This document shows, piece after piece, positions 9,572-19,092 of a stretch of 64,000 nt of DNA. The translations under genes and the position numbers were made by a program. The stretch covers positions 10,133-74,132 of the forward strand of contig QZKH01000002.1 in assembly GCA_003598025.1 (NCBI GenBank). The letters are read 5' to 3'. The stretch comes from Candidatus Omnitrophota bacterium (GTDB lineage: Bacteria; Omnitrophota; Gorgyraeia; Gygaellales; Profunditerraquicolaceae). The first letter of the stretch is position 1, and the number at the start of each line of letters is the position of its first letter. The notes beneath the pieces were generated by a model. That model was not told where the DNA came from. It searched no databases and saw nothing but the letters and a program-made list of their open reading frames with translations.

Positions 9572-10916
9572 ACTGGACTTTTCTTGCGCAGAGTTATTTT
9601 TGGCTCTGAGCCGGAAGAGGTCGCCGTTTTTCTTGGATAGCAGCCTTAATATGAATAATAAAGATGGGCGCTTTTCTTTCTTAGGTTGTGAGCCGTTTCA
9701 GTTTATCCAGGGAGATAAAATAAACCCTTTCCCGGCATTAAGGAAAATATTCCGCGATTACCGCATATCTGCCCCGGACATGAACGTGCCATTTTTCGCA
9801 GGAGCGGTCGGGTACTTTGCCTATGATTTGGGATTTGTTTTGGAAAAGAAAATTGCTTTAAATAAAAGAGCAGCAGGCAGTATCCCGCAGGTCTATTTTA
9901 ATTTTTATAATACCATTATTGCGATAGACCACATTAAGAATGAATTCCATATATTATCGGTCGGTTTTCCCGGGAGAAACTACCGGATGCAGAAAAAAAT
10001 AGCGACAGAGAATTTTAAGAATGCTTATAAAATGATACGGCGCGCTAAAGACGAGCGGGTTGACGATTGCCTTGGCATGAAACCAAAAAGAACAGATTTC
10101 CGTTCCGATTTTACTAAAAACAAATATATTGCGGCAGTCGTTAAAGCGAAGGATTATATTAAAAAAGGAGATATTTATCAGGTGAACCTTTCTCAGCGGT
10201 TGTCTTCTAAAAGCCGTGCCTCCGCGGTTAATATATATATGAATTTACGCAGGCTCAGCCCGAGTAATTTCTCTGCATATTTCGATACGGGAGATTTTCA
10301 GATTATTTCTTCTTCGCCGGAGAGATTCTTAAATTTATCCGGAGGACGTGTTGTAACAAAACCCATGAAAGGCACGCGAGCGCGCTCTTTAAATAGCGTA
10401 AAGGATATTAAGCTCAGAAATGAATTGATCCGCAGCCCTAAGGATAAGGCCGAGCTTTTAATGATAGTTGACCTGGAGAGGAATGATTTGGGCAGAGTTT
10501 GTGATTATGGTTCGGTAAAGGTCGATACTCTCAGGGAGATAGAAAAATATAATTCTGTCTTTCAGGCTACTTCCACAATAAGCGCTAAATTGCACCCTGG
10601 TAAAGACAGGTTTGATCTCCTGCAGGCATGTTTCCCAGGAGGTTCTATTACCGGTTGCCCTAAGATAAGGGCTATGGAGATAATCGATGAGCTTGAGCCG
10701 CTTGAGCGCTCCATTTATACCGGATGCCTGGGATATTTAAGTTTCTGCGGAAATATGGATTTTAATATTATGATACGCACCATACTTAAGCAAAAAGATA
10801 AGGTTTATTTGGGGGTTGGCGGAGGGATTGTAGCCGACTCAGAGCCTGTTAAGGAATATGAAGAAACTTTGGTTAAGGCCAAAGCTATGATTGAGGCTAT
10901 AGCTTATGCAGGGTAA
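9543..10916 (+). CDS. pabB: Aminodeoxychorismate synthase component I (chorismate-binding enzyme; PabB/TrpE family)
   Basis: Chorismate_bind motifs: SPERFL, KPMKGTRAR, DLERNDLGRVC, GAMEIIDELEP..RSIYTGCLGY. I call it pabB rather than trpE because a class IV aminotransferase-like lyase follows immediately and overlaps it. Confidence 0.7.
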   Translation: MAYWISKSYKLDFSCAELFLALSRKRSPFFLDSSLNMNNKDGRFSFLGCEPFQFIQGDKINPFPALRKIFRDYRISAPDMNVPFFAGAVGYFAYDLGFVLEKKIALNKRAAGSIPQVYFNFYNTIIAIDHIKNEFHILSVGFPGRNYRMQKKIATENFKNAYKMIRRAKDERVDDCLGMKPKRTDFRSDFTKNKYIAAVVKAKDYIKKGDIYQVNLSQRLSSKSRASAVNIYMNLRRLSPSNFSAYFDTGDFQIISSSPERFLNLSGGRVVTKPMKGTRARSLNSVKDIKLRNELIRSPKDKAELLMIVDLERNDLGRVCDYGSVKVDTLREIEKYNSVFQATSTISAKLHPGKDRFDLLQACFPGGSITGCPKIRAMEIIDELEPLERSIYTGCLGYLSFCGNMDFNIMIRTILKQKDKVYLGVGGGIVADSEPVKEYEETLVKAKAMIEAIAYAG

Positions 10917-11739
10917 AATGACGGTCTTTTTTAACGGTAAATTTGTAGACAGGCATGATCTGAAGGCTTCGGTCCTGGATGAAGGGTTTCTTTATGGATA
11001 CGGGCTATTTGAAACCATGCGTGCTTACAATAATAAAATATTATTATTAGACCAGCACATAGAAAGAATGTTTGTTTCTGCAGGATTGATATCTTTTGCA
11101 ATGCCTTATTCATCGGCAAAAACCAGGGATATAGTGGAATCAGCCGTTCTAAAATCCGGCTTAAAAGACGCCTTTGTAAGGTTGTCATGCTGGAGGTCAA
11201 AGAAGATAAACAGCATATTAGTCATTGCAAGAAAATACAAACCCTACTCTTCGAGGGTGTATAAAAAAGGTTTTTCTGCTATAATCTCAAGGTTTACTAA
11301 AGACCAGGATTCAATGTTAAGCAGAATAAAAAGCAATAACTATCTTTTATGCAGGTTGGCTTTTATGGAAGCCTTAAGCCTTAAGTCCGATGAAGCAATT
11401 TTGTTGAACAACGACGGATTAATCTGTGAAGGCAGCAGGTCGAATATTTTCTTTGTAAAAAACAGACGGATTTATACGCCTTCTTTAGAATGCGGCTGTT
11501 TATCCGGCATAACGAGGGAATTGATTATAAAGATGATTCTTAGATCAGGGCTGGATGTCAAAGAGGGTAAATTCGGGATTAACCAGTTATATGCAGCAGA
11601 TGAGGCTTTCTTTACCAATTCTTTGATGGGTGTTATGCCTTTAACTAAAATCGGCAAGCTCAGGATAAATAACTCTAATACCGGTAAGATAACCGAAAAA
11701 CTCATTTCCGATTACGATAACTTATTAAAAAACGCATGA
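10906..11739 (+). CDS. pabC: Aminodeoxychorismate lyase (class IV aminotransferase fold)
   Basis: GFLYGYGLFETMRAYNNK...LDQHIERM is a class IV (BCAT/ADCL) signature. The position after pabB and the size (277 aa) fit PabC. Confidence 0.6.
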   Translation: MQGKMTVFFNGKFVDRHDLKASVLDEGFLYGYGLFETMRAYNNKILLLDQHIERMFVSAGLISFAMPYSSAKTRDIVESAVLKSGLKDAFVRLSCWRSKKINSILVIARKYKPYSSRVYKKGFSAIISRFTKDQDSMLSRIKSNNYLLCRLAFMEALSLKSDEAILLNNDGLICEGSRSNIFFVKNRRIYTPSLECGCLSGITRELIIKMILRSGLDVKEGKFGINQLYAADEAFFTNSLMGVMPLTKIGKLRINNSNTGKITEKLISDYDNLLKNA

Positions 11740-12851
11740 CAATAATTAACCTTCCGTTTATTATGAAAAGTCCGGTGCTGGCTCTAGGCGCCAACAGCAA
11801 GAATAGAATCTGTTTTGCTAAAGGCAGTAAAGCATATTTAAGCAATATGCATGAGAATTTGGATAACATAGATGATCTATCCGAATTTGAAAAAAGTGCC
11901 AAGAGCGCATTAAGCAGAAAGCCAAAAATCATCGCCTGTGATCTGCACAGCGGATATTTATCCAGCAGATACGCTGATGAAATAAGCGAAGGCAATTTAT
12001 TAAAAAAGCCTATCCAGCACCATCACGCTCATATTGCTTCATGCATGGCCGAGAACCAATTTAAAAATGAATACGTTATAGGTGTTGCTTTCGACGGCAC
12101 GGGTTTAGGCGTTGACGGCAATATCTGGGGAGCAGAATTTCTTTTCTGTAATTATGCAAATTTCCAGAGGTTAATCCGCCTAGAATATATCCCGCTCCTG
12201 GGTTCGGAAAAGGCAATAACTGAACCGGCAAGATTAGCATATCTATGGTTGTACTTAATTTATAAAGATAGATTCTTGGATATAAAGATTAACCTGACCC
12301 AGGCTTTAAAGCCAAAGAAATGGGCGGTCTTTAAAAAGATGTATTCATCCGGCTTTAATTCTCCCAAAGCAAGCAGTATGGGACGTTTGTTTGATGCTGT
12401 CGCCAGCATAGTACTCGGCAAGCAAAAGGCAGAATTTGAGGCGGATTTAGCCATACAGCTTCAGAGGCTTGCTGAGAAAAGCAGTGATGTGCAGGCAGCT
12501 TATAAATTTTCATTTGTAAAACAGCCGCCTCTTTTTGTAATAGACCCAAGAGATATCTTTAAGGGTGTGGTTAAAGATACGACAAGCGGGCTGCCTGCCG
12601 GATATATTGCTAATCGGTTCCATTATACTATTGCCAGTATAATACTTGAGGGAGCAGAAAAAATAAGAAAGATAAAAAAGGCCAATAAAGTCGTGCTTTC
12701 AGGAGGGGTATTTCAAAATAGTCTTTTACTCCGCATGACTTTGGAATTATTATATAAGAAAGGCTTTAAAGTTTATACCCACAAGGCTTTATCCCCGAAT
12801 GACTCAAGTATAGCCTTGGGGCAGGCAGTAATAGCTAACTTCAAGGAATAA
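11736..12851 (+). CDS. hypF: HypF C-terminal Kae1/TsaD-like carbamoyltransferase domain, standalone (the acylphosphatase, Zn-finger and YrdC domains are absent)
   Basis: VLALGANSKNRICFAKGSKAYLSNMHENL...KIIACDLHSGYLSSRYA...IQHHHAHIASCMAEN...VIGVAFDGTGLGVDGNIWGAEF matches the HypF Kae1-like domain (HHHAH and DGTG(Y/L)G(D/V)DG motifs). At 371 aa it covers only about the C-terminal half of a canonical ~750-aa HypF. Confidence 0.7.
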   Translation: MTIINLPFIMKSPVLALGANSKNRICFAKGSKAYLSNMHENLDNIDDLSEFEKSAKSALSRKPKIIACDLHSGYLSSRYADEISEGNLLKKPIQHHHAHIASCMAENQFKNEYVIGVAFDGTGLGVDGNIWGAEFLFCNYANFQRLIRLEYIPLLGSEKAITEPARLAYLWLYLIYKDRFLDIKINLTQALKPKKWAVFKKMYSSGFNSPKASSMGRLFDAVASIVLGKQKAEFEADLAIQLQRLAEKSSDVQAAYKFSFVKQPPLFVIDPRDIFKGVVKDTTSGLPAGYIANRFHYTIASIILEGAEKIRKIKKANKVVLSGGVFQNSLLLRMTLELLYKKGFKVYTHKALSPNDSSIALGQAVIANFKE

Positions 12852-12852
12852 T

Positions 12853-13065
12853 ATGTGCTTAGCAGTCCCAATGAGAATAAAGAAGATTAATCAAAATTTC
12901 GCCAAGGTTGAAATCTCCGGTCTTATACGGCATGTAAACGTGCAGATGCTACCCGGGTTAAAAAAGGGAGATTATGTAATCGTGCATGCGGGTTTTGCGA
13001 TACAAAAAATAGACCCCCTGGAAGCCAAAAAAACATTAAAGGTGTTTAATGAAATATGTAGATGA
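12853..13065 (+). CDS. hypC: Hydrogenase maturation factor HypC/HupF
   Basis: The N-terminal MCLAVPMRI has the essential Cys2. The 70-aa OB-fold protein starts 2 nt after the hypF-like stop and overlaps hypD. Confidence 0.85.
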   Translation: MCLAVPMRIKKINQNFAKVEISGLIRHVNVQMLPGLKKGDYVIVHAGFAIQKIDPLEAKKTLKVFNEICR

Positions 13066-14152
13066 ATTCCGCAATAAAATACTTGTTGAGAAGATCGCAT
13101 CAGGGATCAAGGCCTTGAATATCGACGCAAAAGTTAACCTTATGGAAGTCTGCGGAACGCATACTCAAAGTTTTGCAAGGTTTGGCCTGAATAAATTCCT
13201 GCCTGAAAATATACGGCTTATACCGGGACCGGGATGCCCGGTTTGCGTTTCAAGCCCGCAGTATATAGATAGGGCGATTAGCTTGGCCAAAGACAAAAAC
13301 AATATAATTGTTACTTTCGGTGATATGCTGCGTGTCCCGGGTAGCGTATCATCTCTAGAAAAAGAAAGGATGCGTTTTGGCAATGTTATTGCCGTATATT
13401 CACCGCTGGATGCCTTAAGGATTGCCAAGGCGGATTCCGCAAAAAAAATATTTTTTCTTGCCGTTGGTTTTGAGACTACAGCCCCCACTATTGCTATAAC
13501 AGCAATGCTTGCCAAGAAGGAGAAAATAAACAATATTTTCTTTCTATCTTCCCTAAAGCTGATGCCGCCTGCGATGAGGTTTTTGTTAAAAGATAAGAGG
13601 CTTAATATAGATGGTTTTCTTTGCCCGGGGCATGTCTCCAGCATTATCGGTCTTAAGCCCTATGAATTTATACCGCGTAAGCATAAAATAGGTTGCTGTG
13701 TGGCAGGTTTTGAGCCGACGGATATCTTAGAAGGAATACTTATGCTTTGCCGGCAGATCGCAGACAATAAGCCCAGGGTAGATAATCAATACAGCAGGGT
13801 TGTAAAAAATAACGGCAACCCTAAAGCCCGGAAAATTATCCACAATGTATTTGAAACCTGCGATGCGCAGTGGAGAGGCTTAGGCGTGATTACAAATAGT
13901 GGCCTTAAATTAAGAAAAAAATACTCGGGTTTAGATGCCGAGTCAATCATGCATTTTGAGAGAAGAACAGTGTTCCATCCGGAAGAGTTTGCTAAGGGAT
14001 GCAAATGCGGCCAGGTTCTAAAAGGGCTGATTATGCCTAAAGACTGCCCGTTATTCTACGTGAAGTGCAAGCCGGATTCTCCCATTGGCCCATGTATGGT
14101 TTCCAGCGAAGGAGCATGCAATGCGTATTTCAGGTATAAAAGGCAGAAGTAA
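13049..14152 (+). CDS. hypD: Hydrogenase maturation factor HypD
   Basis: MKYVDEFRN N-terminus, the CGTHTQSF and PGPGCPVCV motifs, and the C-terminal Cys-rich CKCGQV...CPLFYVKC. Confidence 0.85.
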   Translation: MKYVDEFRNKILVEKIASGIKALNIDAKVNLMEVCGTHTQSFARFGLNKFLPENIRLIPGPGCPVCVSSPQYIDRAISLAKDKNNIIVTFGDMLRVPGSVSSLEKERMRFGNVIAVYSPLDALRIAKADSAKKIFFLAVGFETTAPTIAITAMLAKKEKINNIFFLSSLKLMPPAMRFLLKDKRLNIDGFLCPGHVSSIIGLKPYEFIPRKHKIGCCVAGFEPTDILEGILMLCRQIADNKPRVDNQYSRVVKNNGNPKARKIIHNVFETCDAQWRGLGVITNSGLKLRKKYSGLDAESIMHFERRTVFHPEEFAKGCKCGQVLKGLIMPKDCPLFYVKCKPDSPIGPCMVSSEGACNAYFRYKRQK

Positions 14153-14153
14153 A

Positions 14154-16523
14154 ATGCGTGGCAGCATTATTTTTATCCTTATCTTGTTTGGCGGAACGTT
14201 GTCGCTGTCATGCCAAAAGATAAGCGATTTTGATACAGCCAGGCATTATTCAGACCTTTCCGATATTTATTATCATCAGGCCGAACAAGGGTATAAGCGG
14301 CTTATAGAAAAAGAACCGGGTAACCAGGCAGTAAAGTTAGGCCTGGCAAAATTATACTATTCTCACGGCGAGTTAACCCTTGCTATAGATATACTGAAGA
14401 GCTTGAGCTTGCCGGAGGCAATGAAAATCCTGGCCATTTCTTATTATAAGTCAGGGGATTTTACCTTAGCCTTGGATGTATTCACTAAAAACAGTAAAAG
14501 TGCAGATGATGAATATTTATACTACTGGGGGTTAGTATGCGAGAACCTGAATCTTTTCGACCAGGCGCTTGATATATATTCGAAAGTAAGGGCCGGTGAG
14601 TTCTTACAACTGGCGCATAAACGTTTGCAACTAATCGAAAAAAGATCGCAAGCCGCAAATATAAAGGATTCCGACCCGAAATTATATAAAATACTTATAC
14701 AGAAAGCAAATCCGGATAAATACCCCCAGGCAGGTGCGCTGATCCTGCTTTCTGATGAGAAAGTAAAAATAAAAGAAGATAACAGCCAGTTAGAGGACTT
14801 ACATTACGTAATAAAGATTATTAATGAAAGGGGTAAAGAAACCTTTGCCGAGGCAAGCATTGATTATGATTCTACGTTTGAAAAAGTCGAGCTGGAATAT
14901 GCAAGGACCATAAAGCCAGATGGTAGCATAGTCGGGGTAGGCAGCCGCCATATTCGGGATGTATCAAAGTATCTTAATTTTCCTCTTTATAGCAATTCCA
15001 GGGTCTTTATAATATCTTTCCCCGAGGTTTCAGAAGGGTGTATTCTTGAATACAAGGTTAAAATACATAGCAGTAAGCTTATTAACGATAAAGATTTTGT
15101 TATCGCTTACCCTTTGCAAGCTCAGGAACCTATAGCAGAGGCAAGATTCCAGCTTAGCACTCCTTTGCGGCTTAAGCCCAACATTACTAAAATAAACGAG
15201 CAATATAACAATTTCTCGGCTAACCTTAATCCGGAAGTCACCCAGGCAGGCAATACAATGATTTATAGCTGGGTTTTTAAGGATATCCCCCAGTTGATTC
15301 CGGAAAATAATATGCCGGCAGTTGTTGATATTAATCCTGCTATTCTGCTCTCTACTTTTAATTCCTGGCAAAACGTCCATGAATGGTGGTGGAATTTGGC
15401 AAAAGATAAGATCGCCGCCGATAAAGATATAAAGCGGCAGGTCCGTTTGCTTACTAAAAGGTGTAAATCTGCCGAAGCCAAGGCCAGGGCAATTTATAAT
15501 TTCTGTGCGCAAAAGATCCGCTATGTTGCGGTTGAGTACGGCCAAGCCGGTTATGAACCGCACAGGGCAGAGGATATATACAGAAATAAATACGGTGATT
15601 GTAAAGACCAGGCTGTATTACTGGTGGCTATGTTAAAAGAAGCGGGTTTTGACGCCTGGCCGGTGCTTATTTCTACAAAAGGTTATTATAATCTGGATCC
15701 GGGCTTTGCTTCTTCTATGTTCAACCACTGTATAGCTGTATTGGAATTGCACGGTAAATTCATTTTTCTCGACCCGACTGCTGAAACCTGTTCATTCGGA
15801 GATCTGCCGGCAGTTGACCAGGAGAGAAAAGTTTTGATAATAAAACCGGACAAATACCAAATCGAGGATACTCCGTTATTTGACGCCGCACATAACCTGA
15901 TTCAGCAAAAGATAACAGCCAGGATAAACAAAAATGAGGGAATATCGGCAGAGAAAATAGTTGATACCCGCGGTATATATGACCAGCTGCAAAGGGCCTG
16001 GCTCTTATATACTCCCCCTGAAATGATATTGGATGCGATTAAGGAACGAATGCAGGATATTTCAATAGGAGCTAAATTGATTGATTATAAAATCCTTAAC
16101 GCAGATGATATTAACAAGCCGGTAGTATTATCTTATAAGTTCGAAGGCCCTGAGTACTTTACTCAGGCAGGCCCGCTTAGAGTTATGCCGCAGCTTGTAA
16201 GCCTTGATCCATCTCTTGTAGGCAAAGAAAAGCGTAAGTACCCCATAGAATTTCATATTTTAGACAAAAAAGAAATGGCATTTTATATTGAAATTCCGTA
16301 TAACTTTGTTATAAAATATGTTCCTGAAAGTATTATTGAAGACAGCCCCTGGATGAAATTACAGGTTGAGTACAGGGTCAATAAAAACAAGATATATGCC
16401 CGGCAACAGGTCGAGCTTAAGAAAAGGATTATACCTCAAGAAGATTATAATAAATTCCAATCTTTTTATACTAGTGTTGCTAAGAAGATTAAACAAAGGA
16501 TTATTTTGGAAAGGTTAAGATAA
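14154..16523 (+). CDS. Lipoprotein with TPR-like repeats, DUF3857 and a transglutaminase-like (Cys protease) domain
   Basis: I place the start at ATG 14154 (MRGSIIFILILFGGTLSLSC, a lipobox-like LSLSC) rather than the overlapping upstream ATG at 14085. The transglutaminase core YGDCKDQAVLLVAMLKEAGFDAWPVLIS is present, as is the DUF3857-like region. Confidence 0.65.
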   Translation: MRGSIIFILILFGGTLSLSCQKISDFDTARHYSDLSDIYYHQAEQGYKRLIEKEPGNQAVKLGLAKLYYSHGELTLAIDILKSLSLPEAMKILAISYYKSGDFTLALDVFTKNSKSADDEYLYYWGLVCENLNLFDQALDIYSKVRAGEFLQLAHKRLQLIEKRSQAANIKDSDPKLYKILIQKANPDKYPQAGALILLSDEKVKIKEDNSQLEDLHYVIKIINERGKETFAEASIDYDSTFEKVELEYARTIKPDGSIVGVGSRHIRDVSKYLNFPLYSNSRVFIISFPEVSEGCILEYKVKIHSSKLINDKDFVIAYPLQAQEPIAEARFQLSTPLRLKPNITKINEQYNNFSANLNPEVTQAGNTMIYSWVFKDIPQLIPENNMPAVVDINPAILLSTFNSWQNVHEWWWNLAKDKIAADKDIKRQVRLLTKRCKSAEAKARAIYNFCAQKIRYVAVEYGQAGYEPHRAEDIYRNKYGDCKDQAVLLVAMLKEAGFDAWPVLISTKGYYNLDPGFASSMFNHCIAVLELHGKFIFLDPTAETCSFGDLPAVDQERKVLIIKPDKYQIEDTPLFDAAHNLIQQKITARINKNEGISAEKIVDTRGIYDQLQRAWLLYTPPEMILDAIKERMQDISIGAKLIDYKILNADDINKPVVLSYKFEGPEYFTQAGPLRVMPQLVSLDPSLVGKEKRKYPIEFHILDKKEMAFYIEIPYNFVIKYVPESIIEDSPWMKLQVEYRVNKNKIYARQQVELKKRIIPQEDYNKFQSFYTSVAKKIKQRIILERLR

Positions 16524-16529
16524 GCCCCA

Positions 16530-18476
16530 ATGGCAAAAACAACTGATAATGAGCAAAACAGAAGAAGATATCATCGTATAAATACTGTATTACCGGTCCA
16601 ATTCAGGCTTGTTTCATTTGAAGGCAGGCATTTTTTATCTGGATGGCTCCAGGGTTTTACCAGCAACATCAGCAAGGGCGGGATTTGTCTGGCTGTCAAT
16701 AATCTTAATCCGGAGCTGGCGGCTTTGGTGATAAGCAAGGAGGTAAAAACCTCCATGGATATTGAGATGCCCGTATCAAGAAACCCTATATCTGCCTTGG
16801 CGCATATAGCATGGGTTAAAGAACAGATTTTGCCGACAGGTAATAAATACCTTATAGGATTAAGTTATGATGAAATAAACCCTGTCCACAACAGGCTGAT
16901 AATGCGTTATGTTTGGCTTAAAAAATTATTTTTTCCGATTTCCGCTTCCGTAATACTGTTGCTTGGCCTAGGCTTGGTTGTAAACAGCATAATGACTGCC
17001 AGGCTAATGGAGGGCAATAAATTACTTGTTGCTGAGCTATTAAAGAATGTGAATGATTCAAATTCTGCCAGGGCCAAAATTAAAGAAATGGATACCGAGA
17101 AATTAAAACTGGAATCCGAGTTAAGCCGGCTTCATGTGATGATAGGGTCTTTGGAGGCCGAAAGAGATTCATTAAACAGAAAAAATAATAAGGTTGAAGA
17201 GTTGGCATCACGTATTGAAGAGGTGACCCGCCAGAAAGAAGCATTACAAAAAGAACTTGCAGCCCTAAATAGCACCCAGAGTGCCGAAGTTAAGAAACTG
17301 GATTTATTAAGCAAGGAAAAATTAAAACTTGAAAAAGCCAATGTTTCTAAAATGTACGACTGGATTAGCGTACATCAAAACCCGAGCAATGGCCTGGTTA
17401 TGAGTTTTGAGGGCGATAGAGATATCCGCGGATGGTCGTTCATTTATGATCAGTCGCTGGCAGCGCAGGTTTTTATGATTTTTGCTGATTTTGACCGGGC
17501 AGCGATGATGTTGGATTTCTTCGATAGTAAAGCCCAAAGGATAGACGGCCTGTTTTTAAACGCCTATTATTTTAATGATGGTTCGCCGGCGGAATATACC
17601 GTTCATGCAGGGCCGAATATCTGGCTGGGTATAGCGGCATTGCAGTATACGCATAAGACAGGGGATACCAGTTTCCTGAGTATGGCTGAAGAGATAGCCA
17701 ACGGCATAATGCAATTACAAAATGAAGACGAAGAAGGAGGGATAAGGGGCGGACCGAATTTCGGCTGGTATTCAACTGAGCACAATCTTGATGCCTATGC
17801 ATTTTTTGATATGTTGCATATAATAACCGGAAAAGCTATTTATAAAACAGCCAGAGATAAAACATCTGCCTGGCTTAAAAAACATATTTATGATAAAGGA
17901 GATGTCCCCATAAGGCGCGGCAAAGGTGATTCGACGATCGCGACTGATACGTATGCCTGGGCAATAGCGTCATTCGGCCCTGAGACGCTGATAGATATGA
18001 AGATGGACCCGGACAAAATAATTGAATTTGCTGAAAATAACTGTGTGGTAGAAGTCCCCTTCTGCAGGTTAGACGGCCAAATAGTGAAAGTAAAGGGTTT
18101 TGATTTTGCTCCGGAAAGAGGCTTGGCAAGGGGAGGAGTGGTATCTGCGGAATGGACAGGACAGATGATTGTGACCATGAAGATTATGTCTGCGTATTAT
18201 TCTTCAAAAGGCATACCGGAAAAAGCAGCCCTTTATGCAAATAAGGCTGACGAATATTTGTCTGAACTCAGCAAAATGATAATTTCAAGCCCTTCTCCTT
18301 CTGGCCAGGGAGAAAGCTGCCTTCCTTACGCAACTCAGGATTTCGTTGATACAGGACACGGCTGGATGACACCTAAAGGTAAAGATACCGGTTCATTATC
18401 CGGTACTGCCTATGCTATATTCGCTTACTATAATCATAATCCTTTAAAGTTCAAGAAGGATGGCCAGAAAAATTAA
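16530..18476 (+). CDS. PilZ domain protein with a TM segment, a long coiled coil and a C-terminal ~380-aa α-rich domain (possible six-hairpin glycosidase-like)
   Basis: The N-terminus has the PilZ motifs RRRYHRI (RxxxR) and NISKGGICL (D/NxSxGG). There is a hydrophobic segment FFPISASVILLLGLGLVV. The repetitive LESELSRLH...LEAERDSL...EELASRIEEVTRQKEALQKELAAL stretch is coiled-coil. Confidence 0.6.
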   Translation: MAKTTDNEQNRRRYHRINTVLPVQFRLVSFEGRHFLSGWLQGFTSNISKGGICLAVNNLNPELAALVISKEVKTSMDIEMPVSRNPISALAHIAWVKEQILPTGNKYLIGLSYDEINPVHNRLIMRYVWLKKLFFPISASVILLLGLGLVVNSIMTARLMEGNKLLVAELLKNVNDSNSARAKIKEMDTEKLKLESELSRLHVMIGSLEAERDSLNRKNNKVEELASRIEEVTRQKEALQKELAALNSTQSAEVKKLDLLSKEKLKLEKANVSKMYDWISVHQNPSNGLVMSFEGDRDIRGWSFIYDQSLAAQVFMIFADFDRAAMMLDFFDSKAQRIDGLFLNAYYFNDGSPAEYTVHAGPNIWLGIAALQYTHKTGDTSFLSMAEEIANGIMQLQNEDEEGGIRGGPNFGWYSTEHNLDAYAFFDMLHIITGKAIYKTARDKTSAWLKKHIYDKGDVPIRRGKGDSTIATDTYAWAIASFGPETLIDMKMDPDKIIEFAENNCVVEVPFCRLDGQIVKVKGFDFAPERGLARGGVVSAEWTGQMIVTMKIMSAYYSSKGIPEKAALYANKADEYLSELSKMIISSPSPSGQGESCLPYATQDFVDTGHGWMTPKGKDTGSLSGTAYAIFAYYNHNPLKFKKDGQKN

Positions 18477-19092
18477 ACTTTTCTATAAGAAACTTTTTTC
18501 CGAATTTGGGCAGCAGTATTGGTGGCCTGCAGATTCGGCTTTTGAGGTAATGATAGGGGCTATCCTTACCCAGAATACCAGCTGGTCTAATGTAGAAAAA
18601 GCGATAGCAAATCTTAAGAAGAATAAACTGCTCTCCCCTAAGAAACTCCGCGCTCTTTCCAGGAAGAGGCTTGCTATTTTGATCAGGCCAGCAGGATATT
18701 TTAATCTTAAAGCAGCAAGGATATCAGCTTTCCTTGATTTTATCTTCAAAAGATACCGCGGCCAAATAAGCAAGATGCGGGCACAAAAAACCAGTGTTTT
18801 ACGAGATGAGCTGCTTGGGGTAAAAGGCATAGGCCCGGAAACAGCAGATTCAATGTTACTATATGCATTGAACAAGCCGGTATTCGTAGTTGATGCTTAT
18901 ACAAAGAGAATATTGCTTCGCCATGGCTTGATTTCCGACCAGTACACTTATGGGCAGATACAGGCTATGTTTATGAAAAACTTAAAACCAAGTTCAAAGC
19001 ACTTTAACGAATACCATGCCCTTTTGGTAAAGCTGGGAAAAGAATTCTGCCTAAAGTCGAGAAAAAAATGTATGATATGCCCGTTAAGATAA
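18460..19092 (+). CDS. HhH-GPD superfamily protein (endonuclease III / 3-methyladenine glycosylase-like)
   Basis: Helix-hairpin-helix motif LLGVKGIGPETADSMLLYALNKPVFVVDAYTKRIL. A partial C-terminal Cys cluster (C-x7-C-x2-C) is present. Confidence 0.6.
   Translation: MARKIKLFYKKLFSEFGQQYWWPADSAFEVMIGAILTQNTSWSNVEKAIANLKKNKLLSPKKLRALSRKRLAILIRPAGYFNLKAARISAFLDFIFKRYRGQISKMRAQKTSVLRDELLGVKGIGPETADSMLLYALNKPVFVVDAYTKRILLRHGLISDQYTYGQIQAMFMKNLKPSSKHFNEYHALLVKLGKEFCLKSRKKCMICPLR

Noticed and set aside
14085-14153. Upstream ATG (14085) as the start of the transglutaminase-like lipoprotein
   Set aside because: It would overlap hypD by 68 nt and add a non-signal-like extension (MAHVWFPAKEH…). The ATG at 14154 gives a standard lipoprotein signal peptide immediately after the hypD stop.
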